DNA from: a virus
Lineage: Duplodnaviria; Caudoviricetes
Virus record (IMG/VR): IMGVR_UViG_3300024988_000206
Location: 1 to 24,262 of that record
DNA length: 24,262 nucleotides
Direction: 5' to 3' (one strand)
Position numbers and translations under genes: made by a program. Of this stretch, positions 1 through 6,375 are shown in pieces; position 1 is the stretch's first letter, and every line of letters begins with the position of its first letter. A model generated the notes under the pieces. It made no database searches, had not been told where the DNA came from, and saw only the letters and a list, made by a program, of their open reading frames with translations.

Positions 1-312
1 TTGAGCTTAATAGATACTATAAACCAACTAGAATATGACCTTGAAGATATGCCAGAAGACGCACAGGCATACCATTTAGACAACCATAGATTTATAAAAA
101 AAATAGGTGAACGTTATTTTTATTATTTCATTAAAGACGCTGAATGGAACCTCTTTACAGGTGATGTAAATAAAGCAGATATCCTACCTTTGCACCTTCC
201 AACAATAAAGAGCTTACTAAGACAACTTGAGTGGGTAATTCACGATGAGCCAAAGGAAGTATTGATAGATACTGTAATTAAAGAGATGCAATATCTGAAC
301 AGCCCTGAGTAA
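1..312 (+). CDS. Hypothetical protein (possibly 5'-truncated by the window edge)
   Basis: 103-codon ORF starting with TTG at base 1 and no recognisable motif. Followed by two inverted repeats. Confidence 0.5.
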   Translation: MSLIDTINQLEYDLEDMPEDAQAYHLDNHRFIKKIGERYFYYFIKDAEWNLFTGDVNKADILPLHLPTIKSLLRQLEWVIHDEPKEVLIDTVIKEMQYLNSPE

Positions 313-339
313 TTTTCCCGACCAAATACACAATCCATA

Positions 340-356
340 GCGACATCAAATGTCGC
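340..356. repeat. Inverted repeat GCGACAT-CAA-ATGTCGC
   Basis: Perfect 7-bp arms in the intergenic region. Function unknown (hairpin or protein-binding site). Confidence 0.5.
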
Positions 357-359
357 CTT

Positions 360-380
360 CCTGTTTATCCACAGGTTTTT
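360..380 (+). terminator. Weak terminator-like hairpin CCTGT-TTATCC-ACAGG-TTTTT containing a perfect DnaA box (365-373)
   Basis: 5-bp stem followed by T5. TTATCCACA matches the DnaA-box consensus. Confidence 0.35.
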
Positions 381-384
381 AAAT

Positions 385-413
385 TTGAATTCACAAAGGC
401 ACAGTTCTAACAT
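385..413 (+). promoter_or_regulatory. Putative sigma70 promoter for umuC
   Basis: TTGAAT (385-390), 17-bp spacer, TAACAT (408-413). The predicted +1 near 420 falls inside the operator palindrome. Confidence 0.6.
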
Positions 414-415
414 TT

Positions 416-442
416 ATCTTGAATTTGTAACTTTTTCAAGAT
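416..442. promoter_or_regulatory. UmuDAb-type DNA-damage operator (Acinetobacter SOS-like box)
   Basis: ATCTTGAA-N11-TTCAAGAT palindrome. The core TTGAATTTGTAACTTTTTCAA differs at 2 of 21 positions from the recalled A. baumannii motif TTGAAAATGTAACTTTTTCAA. It ends 4 bp before the umuC ATG. Confidence 0.82.
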
Positions 443-446
443 TGCC

Positions 447-1736
447 ATGCGTGACCGAATCTTTGCCCTTGTTGATGTGAATAACTGCTATGTCAGTTGC
501 GAGCGTGTATTCAATCCAAAGCTGAACAATAAGCCAGTTATTGTACTCAGCAATAATGATGGCTGTGCTGTGGCTCGATCACAAGAATCCAAAGATTTAG
601 GAATTAAAATGGGTGTTCCACTATTCCAAATCAAAGATATTGTTGAGCAGAACAATGTTGTAGTGATGTCAAGCAACTACGCCCTATATGCAGAGATGAG
701 CCGCAGATTTCACAATATTCTAGCTGGGTTTGTTGCCAATAATGAAGTTGAGCAATATTCGATTGATGAGTGTTTTCTTGACCTTACCTCTTTTGAATAC
801 TACAGGGACCTAGTTCAATACGGACATGAAATGAAGAACGTGCTTTGGCAGTGGTTAGGTTTGCCAGTATGTGTTGGAATTGGGAGAAGTAAAACAGAGG
901 CTAAGATTGCTAACCACATTGCGAAGAAGAATAAACAGTTCAATGGGGTTTGTGATTTGGTACGCATGGATCCATGCAACAAAGAGGACTATCTATCAAA
1001 AATAGATGTGAGTGAAGTATGGGGAGTTGGCAGGAAGCATACTAAAAAGCTCCAAAGCATGGGAATTAACACTGTCTTTGATTTGGCTTGTAGTAATCCT
1101 ATTCAGATGCAAAAGTTATTTAGCATAGTAATGGCCCGAACTGTGAATGAGTTGCAAGGTGTGTCATGCATAGAGATTGAAGATACACCACCAAGTAAGA
1201 AACAGATCATTTCTAGTAGATCATTCGGACAAAGAGTAACTGAGCTACAAGAACTCAAGGAAGCAATAGCAATGCATGCTCAAGATGCTTGTAAGCGATT
1301 GAGAGCGGATAAGTCTTTATGCGGTTGTCTTATTGTTTTCGCTCAATCCAATCCATTTGATAAGAATGTGCCCTTCTATAATCAATCTGTTTCATTCGCC
1401 TTTCCACAGCCTACTGATTGCGTCACAGACCTTGTTAAAGCTGCCTCTATTATGATCACACACGTTTATAAGCAAGGCATTTTATTCAAGAAATGCGGTA
1501 TTGTGCTGACATGTATAGAACCTAAGTCATCACATATCTATGACCTGCTAACAGATATGAGTGAGATAGAAGAAAAAGAAAGATTGATGAAGGCTTATGA
1601 GGGTATCCAGGAAAAGTTCGGGAAAAAGAAAATCAGTATTGGCCCCTGCTTTCTTCCTAACCGTGGCTGGTCAATGTCTCGAGACAAATTGAGTAGCAAT
1701 CCTTTCACTTGGAGTGGTTTGCTTAGAGTGAATTAA
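447..1736 (+). CDS. umuC: Y-family DNA polymerase V catalytic subunit UmuC
   Basis: LVDVNNCYVSCE, SNNDGC, YSIDECFLD and VWGVG motifs, with a UmuC-type C-terminus (WSMSRDKLS). Confidence 0.95.
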   Translation: MRDRIFALVDVNNCYVSCERVFNPKLNNKPVIVLSNNDGCAVARSQESKDLGIKMGVPLFQIKDIVEQNNVVVMSSNYALYAEMSRRFHNILAGFVANNEVEQYSIDECFLDLTSFEYYRDLVQYGHEMKNVLWQWLGLPVCVGIGRSKTEAKIANHIAKKNKQFNGVCDLVRMDPCNKEDYLSKIDVSEVWGVGRKHTKKLQSMGINTVFDLACSNPIQMQKLFSIVMARTVNELQGVSCIEIEDTPPSKKQIISSRSFGQRVTELQELKEAIAMHAQDACKRLRADKSLCGCLIVFAQSNPFDKNVPFYNQSVSFAFPQPTDCVTDLVKAASIMITHVYKQGILFKKCGIVLTCIEPKSSHIYDLLTDMSEIEEKERLMKAYEGIQEKFGKKKISIGPCFLPNRGWSMSRDKLSSNPFTWSGLLRVN

Positions 1737-1858
1737 CCCTGAACACACTGCAAGCAAACCGAAATATTGACATTTGTTTTAATTGTTTGTGCTGTGCATC
1801 CCGAGAACAGAAGACACAGCACTGTGACAAGCGAAGCAAGTTTGGATCGTTGGCACAT
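1733..1858 (-). CDS. Small lipoprotein (41 aa) in the spanin position of the lysis cassette, candidate outer-membrane disruption factor
   Basis: Hand-translated and not in the ORF track: MCQRSKLASLVTVLCLLFSGCTAQTIKTNVNISVCLQCVQG*. It has a basic n-region, a hydrophobic h-region and lipobox FSG-C21. The ATG lies 5 nt after the endolysin stop, and its TAA overlaps the umuC TAA (TTAA 1733-1736). Confidence 0.7.
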   Translation of the reverse strand: MCQRSKLASLVTVLCLLFSGCTAQTIKTNVNISVCLQCVQG

Positions 1859-1863
1859 ATAGG

Positions 1864-2316
1864 TTACTTCTTTAGAAAGAGTGCTCGTTCAGCATCGCGA
1901 CGACGAACTAGACCTTTCATCACCTTTCCGCCACCTTTATTCCATCGCGGAAACTGTTCTGCTGCACCGGCATAATCTTTGGCATTCAGCTTCTTCAAGA
2001 GAGTTGACGATGCAAAATTGCCAGAGCCAATGTTATAGACTAGGCTGACAAGAGCATCAAACTGGTTTTGAGATAAAGGAACTTTCACGAGGTTATTCAC
2101 TGTAGTCTCAAATCGCTTTAAATCGTGGGCAAAGTAAGACTTGGCTTGATCTAGGGTGCATGAATCCCCCTTCTTAACTTTAGTACCATTTGGGTAAACT
2201 GTTGTGCCAATTCCAATAGTCCAAACCCCTACGCCATCATCATAGGCTCTTGTTCTCGTCCCCTCGAAACTTGCGATAAGATCAAGACCAACATTACTGG
2301 TTGTTTTGCTCATCAT
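1864..2316 (-). CDS. Endolysin, GH24 (T4/P21-type) lysozyme, PlyF307-like
   Basis: Catalytic motif FEG..AYDDGVGVWTIG.GT and QNQFDALVS..YNIG, with a cationic C-terminal helix. The start is probably the ATGATG overlapping the holin stop (2313 or 2316) rather than 2325. Confidence 0.95.
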   Translation of the reverse strand: MMSKTTSNVGLDLIASFEGTRTRAYDDGVGVWTIGIGTTVYPNGTKVKKGDSCTLDQAKSYFAHDLKRFETTVNNLVKVPLSQNQFDALVSLVYNIGSGNFASSTLLKKLNAKDYAGAAEQFPRWNKGGGKVMKGLVRRRDAERALFLKK

Positions 2317-2591
2317 CCACCCCACTTATTGACGTTTTTCTTCAAGTATTCTTCAATAAACGTACTCCCCAAAATGCCTAGAGCACATGCAATAGCCACT
2401 AAAGCAATCGGGCTTAATGTTGGGAACTGAATTAAAACTACACCAGCAATAGAAGAAGTAGCTGAACCCAAAATAGTTCTACCTATAATCAAACGTACTG
2501 ATAATGGGTCACTTGAAACTAAGAGCCTGCTCATACCGATTAGCCCTCCTACAATAAATAAGGTGAGTATTGTTTTTTCATGGTCTTGCAT
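2313..2591 (-). CDS. Holin, P2 Y-like (3 predicted TM segments)
   Basis: 92 aa, directly upstream of the lysin. EKTILTLF..G / RLIIGRTILG / AGVVLIQFPTLS / LGILG..IE resembles the P2 Y holin. Basic C-terminus. Confidence 0.88.
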   Translation of the reverse strand: MQDHEKTILTLFIVGGLIGMSRLLVSSDPLSVRLIIGRTILGSATSSIAGVVLIQFPTLSPIALVAIACALGILGSTFIEEYLKKNVNKWGG

Positions 2592-2610
2592 TCACTTTTC
2601 TCCAGATAAT

Positions 2611-2639
2611 AAAAAAGCTCTAGTGCATAGCTAGAGCTT
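2611..2639 (-). terminator. Intrinsic terminator between tail genes and lysis cassette
   Basis: AAGCTCTAG-CTATGCA-CTAGAGCTT followed by a T-run on the minus strand. Confidence 0.7.
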
Positions 2640-2657
2640 GAATTTGTTTATATTTAA

Positions 2658-3368
2658 TTAGATTGTGATGCCACGACCAGCAGCATATTTGCGCAATCGA
2701 GTAATCCATTGCTGAATTTCAGCTTCTGTTAGAGCTGCATTATGTCCAATGTAAGCTAGAACTTGCGTTTGCCCATCATAAGTGCTTGTATAGTTAGCTC
2801 CAATTCGAATCTGACCTGAGCTAATAACTTTTGTTGAGCCAAGGTTATTATTTGCTGATGCGCCTGTTGTAATATTTCGAACTGTATTTCCTGTTGCTGT
2901 GGCTTGGCAAACATACAATGCCCAGTTTGTATTTACATTTCCTGAAATTGACGCACCAGCGCTTGTATTAGTGCCAGCATTGTTTCGTGTTGATGAAAAT
3001 GTGATTCCTGTTGTTGCTGTGGCATATAAATTTGTGCCGAACACCCCTGCTTGCGCCCCACCATTACTAAAGAAACAAGCTCCAGTTGTTCCAACTGATA
3101 CAAGTTTTCCAATAACAAAGAAAGTCATCTCTGTTGTTTCTGAGAATGCTGTAGTTAAGTAGCTTGTGTTATCTGTAAAAATACCACCTGAGCTATTGAA
3201 ACTTGGGGTTCCAGTTACAGCCGCATCAGTGCCATTGTATAAAAAGTTATGAACTGCTTTTGCAAGTGAATCTACTGTGAAATGAATTGCTGAAAGACCT
3301 GTTTCTACTGGTGCAGCATAATAAGAGTTATCTGCTTCGCCTGTGCCATTTACAAAAATACGTGTCAT
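2658..3368 (-). CDS. Tail-associated protein with putative ConA/LamG-like beta-sandwich
   Basis: Thr/Gly/Ser/Asn-rich and beta-prone, with MTFFVIGK, IRIGA and HNAALTEAEIQ motifs typical of LamG-like domains. Directly follows the tailspike. Confidence 0.6.
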   Translation of the reverse strand: MTRIFVNGTGEADNSYYAAPVETGLSAIHFTVDSLAKAVHNFLYNGTDAAVTGTPSFNSSGGIFTDNTSYLTTAFSETTEMTFFVIGKLVSVGTTGACFFSNGGAQAGVFGTNLYATATTGITFSSTRNNAGTNTSAGASISGNVNTNWALYVCQATATGNTVRNITTGASANNNLGSTKVISSGQIRIGANYTSTYDGQTQVLAYIGHNAALTEAEIQQWITRLRKYAAGRGITI

Positions 3369-3384
3369 CTAATTTCTCCAAAAT

Positions 3385-5478
3385 TTAAATAATGTTGTCC
3401 GCTGCACATGCGATATATGCAGAAAGTGCATGAGCTAATTGATATCTGGCCGCATATTGCGGGTGAATGTCATCTGCAAGAAGTCCAACAAGCCCTCCGC
3501 TTAGATCGTCAGTTGTTGCTGACCCTGTAGTAATTGAATAGCCAGCCTCTGAAGTAGCCAACGCCCATGTAGGTGCTAAAAAGACTTTTCCATCACTTGC
3601 AAAATCAGCACGCAATTGCATGAGTTTCCGAATCACAGGCGCATATTCGTTCTGCCATAATCCATCCCGATCCTCATCTGCAGCAGCATTTGGTAGTGAA
3701 AGAATGATCTTTGAATTTGCCCATGCAGCCCTGATACGCTGAATCATGAGTTTCATTTCTGAATAGAATTGAGCTGAAAGAGTTGGCTCATCACGATCAC
3801 GAATATCATTTGTGCCAAGCTGTAGAACAACAATGTCAGGCGTTGCTAAACTGAAACGAGACTGGTAATAAGTGAAGTCCAAAACATAGCCATTTCGAAT
3901 GATTGATGGATCATCTCCACCAGTCGAAGCACGTAAAAATGCGTTATATTCTCGCTGTGTATCTTTTGGCAGAGCTAAGTATGCAGCCTCGTTACCTGGT
4001 GCAACAATCTGCGCACGATCAGTGATCAAGTAAGTGTAATCACCTGTTTCCCACCCTTCGCGCGCTTCACAATTCGGGCCACCTATTCCAGTCGACGGCT
4101 CACTATTAAGTGCGCCTTTCATGGTTCCAACAAAAGTCTGAGTATAGGTATAGCCGGTTAGGTATTGATTAATCAGATCAGCTAAACCACGGTTAGTAAT
4201 CGAGTCACCAATCATTAAAATTTTTGGTGAAACTGCAGATTTACCCGATGTTGCAGCAATACGTGCTGTAAACGGGATGCGGGTGAGTTGATACTGTGTA
4301 GTATCTCGAAGAGTAATAAATCCTGTGCCCACATCTGATAAATTTGGCACATTGATTTGATCACGACCTGAATAGCTAAGCTGAGATGATTGTCCGCTTA
4401 GCGTTGCTATTACTTGTCGCGTTTTACACTGATCCTTGCGTTGTGCAAAAAGACTTGGAACATTTAAAACCAAAGGTTTTGCAGAAAAAGCGCATAGTGG
4501 TTGCGCATAAATTAAAGGCTGTGAAGTATCGATAACCGCTGCATAATCTTGGTCAATATAAGCTAAACGACCGACTTCAAAATAATCTGAACCAACAACA
4601 ACAATTTCTGTATCAATTGATTTTTTAATCAAGTTATCAGCATCACTGATCTTGATACGGCCCATTTCAAAGTAATCAAATCCAAAGAAAACAACCTCAT
4701 TACCGTGATTCTGGATTTCTATTACATTGTGAAGTCTTGCTGTTTGATCATTAAAGCGTGCAGTTTCAAAAAAATCATCCCCATATATTGCAAGACCTTG
4801 CTCAGTTGATGCCTTTATTAATGCTTCACGATCAGACCTTTCTATATCCGTATAAGCTTTAGCTTGAGTCAATGGATCATAAGCAGATTTTGTAAAGGTA
4901 GTGCCATCCCAATGCCAATCCCCGTCTTTTGATGCATCGGGATCATTGGTGACAGTGGCTTTTGAGTTTGCAGGGATATTTACAGAATCTGCTACCATTT
5001 CAGCATAAGTCTTATATGCTCTATTTCCAATTCCATTAGCATTAATTTGGTTCTGCAAATAGCTTTCAGCTGTAGTTGCCCGAGTGACTTCATTACTTAT
5101 AGATAAACTTAGTGCACCTTCTGCCAACATGGCCCTGTTCGCTTCATCTTGTACTAGGGCTTGAGCGGTATTTGTGCTTGAAAAGATTGTTGCGCTTTGC
5201 TCAGAAAATACAGGATAACTATTTCTATTTCTAACCAAGAATGAGCAATTGCTTTGCTCAACAAAGATCTTTGCAAATGCACCACCATTAATGATGTATC
5301 CATTCTTTGTACGGATAGGTTGTAAGGCCGCTTGTGTCTTTGCTTCATCCCAATAAACAGAAATAGGGAACTGAATTGGGTCCTTATTTTTTTCACCGAT
5401 AAAAATAAAGCCCTCGTTAAGAGGGCTTCCATCAATGTCCGTAAAGGGCACATAAGGGTTAATAACAAGGTTTGTCAT
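3385..5478 (-). CDS. Tailspike with P22-like head-binding domain and C-terminal SGNH/GDSL esterase (putative capsule deacetylase)
   Basis: N-terminal FTDIDGSPLNEGFIFIG..PI.VYWD. SGNH blocks IGDSIT, QLGTND and DDIHP. Acinetobacter-spike-type linker TNDPDASKDGDWHWDGTTFTKSAYDPLTQAK. Confidence 0.85.
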   Translation of the reverse strand: MTNLVINPYVPFTDIDGSPLNEGFIFIGEKNKDPIQFPISVYWDEAKTQAALQPIRTKNGYIINGGAFAKIFVEQSNCSFLVRNRNSYPVFSEQSATIFSSTNTAQALVQDEANRAMLAEGALSLSISNEVTRATTAESYLQNQINANGIGNRAYKTYAEMVADSVNIPANSKATVTNDPDASKDGDWHWDGTTFTKSAYDPLTQAKAYTDIERSDREALIKASTEQGLAIYGDDFFETARFNDQTARLHNVIEIQNHGNEVVFFGFDYFEMGRIKISDADNLIKKSIDTEIVVVGSDYFEVGRLAYIDQDYAAVIDTSQPLIYAQPLCAFSAKPLVLNVPSLFAQRKDQCKTRQVIATLSGQSSQLSYSGRDQINVPNLSDVGTGFITLRDTTQYQLTRIPFTARIAATSGKSAVSPKILMIGDSITNRGLADLINQYLTGYTYTQTFVGTMKGALNSEPSTGIGGPNCEAREGWETGDYTYLITDRAQIVAPGNEAAYLALPKDTQREYNAFLRASTGGDDPSIIRNGYVLDFTYYQSRFSLATPDIVVLQLGTNDIRDRDEPTLSAQFYSEMKLMIQRIRAAWANSKIILSLPNAAADEDRDGLWQNEYAPVIRKLMQLRADFASDGKVFLAPTWALATSEAGYSITTGSATTDDLSGGLVGLLADDIHPQYAARYQLAHALSAYIACAADNII
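5401..5428 (-). terminator. Intragenic terminator-like hairpin 50 nt into the tailspike gene
   Basis: AAGCCCTC-TTAAC-GAGGGCTT followed by TATTTTT. The paralogous fibre gene has an equivalent hairpin. Confidence 0.45.
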
Positions 5479-5487
5479 TCTGCTTTC

Positions 5488-6375
5488 CTATGCTGGTAAT
5501 TTTCTTAACTCAAGCCATGTGAGGATTGATTTAATCCCTGTGACCTTGTATTTGCTTGCTGGTGGAACAATGAAACTTACTGTTTTGGTTTGTGCGTCTT
5601 CATTAGCATTTGATGTGCGAACAATTGTTACCCCATCAACTTCACAAGTTGTATTCCGAGCAGCACTCGCTACATCACCAGTAATAATGATGTTGATCAT
5701 GATTGGACTTTTGGTGTCGTTGGTGTACTCAGTATCGACTTCGCGCGTGGTCGTCAGGTCTTGCCACTTCTGGTCAAATCCGATGGACTTTTCAATAAAG
5801 TATTCAGCGTGTTTCTTAGGTGTAACAACCAAGTTGTCTGCCGTTCCTGCTGTGACTTCATCTTTGGTAGCAATGCGTGAAATACCCTTCACTTCTTCTG
5901 TGGCATCAACAATCTTTGCGTCTACCTGTGACTTTGAATAAACAGATAGGTTATCTCTAGCCTGTTCTTTGTTTGCTAGATCGTTAAGGTCCTGAGACTT
6001 TCGCAAAGTATCGGCGTTGATTGTTGCTTGAGACTGACCTGTTGCTGTGTCAATCACGGCATCAGTCGTTACACCCGGATTAAGATTGACTGCTGCCATA
6101 TTCCAAACAGCAATCTTCTGTTTGTTCTGAACTTGAATTGAAACAATCGGTTCAGCACAAAATAACTGTCGTGGCGCACCATTCTTTACAACATAACCAT
6201 TCCTAGTTTTCGCAGGGTTCTCTGCGGGCATTGTCAGTTCAGCATCGTAGAAAATGGCAATTGGAGAGAGAATCGGATTCTTATTCGACTCCCCAATAAA
6301 GATAAAGCCCGCATCTAGCGGGCTTCCATCTGTGTCACTGTAAATGGGAAAAGGAGTTGAGACTCTGTTGCTCAT
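5488..6375 (-). CDS. Tail fibre protein with P22-like head-binding domain
   Basis: N-terminus homologous to the adjacent tailspike. Fibre motifs LRKSQDLNDL..ARDNLSVYS and ATEEVKGISRIAT..EV.AGT....VTP. The C-terminal module QKWQDLT..R...EYTN.T..PIM is typical of fibre tips. Confidence 0.8.
   Translation of the reverse strand: MSNRVSTPFPIYSDTDGSPLDAGFIFIGESNKNPILSPIAIFYDAELTMPAENPAKTRNGYVVKNGAPRQLFCAEPIVSIQVQNKQKIAVWNMAAVNLNPGVTTDAVIDTATGQSQATINADTLRKSQDLNDLANKEQARDNLSVYSKSQVDAKIVDATEEVKGISRIATKDEVTAGTADNLVVTPKKHAEYFIEKSIGFDQKWQDLTTTREVDTEYTNDTKSPIMINIIITGDVASAARNTTCEVDGVTIVRTSNANEDAQTKTVSFIVPPASKYKVTGIKSILTWLELRKLPA
6295..6325 (-). terminator. Intragenic terminator-like hairpin 50 nt into the tail fibre gene
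   Basis: AAGCCCGC-TAGAT-GCGGGCTT followed by TATCTTTATT. Confidence 0.4.

Noticed and set aside
1-446. Prophage attachment site or boundary near umuC
   Set aside because: No integrase, tRNA fragment or paired direct repeat is visible in the window.
1787-1975. 62-aa plus-strand ORF after umuC
   Set aside because: Antisense shadow of the endolysin and the small lipoprotein gene, with a weak start, no RBS and no motif.
2658-6375. Diversity-generating retroelement or invertible tail-fibre cassette
   Set aside because: No reverse transcriptase, invertase, template/variable repeat pair or inverted crossover sites were seen. The two RBP 5' ends share only short DNA identity.
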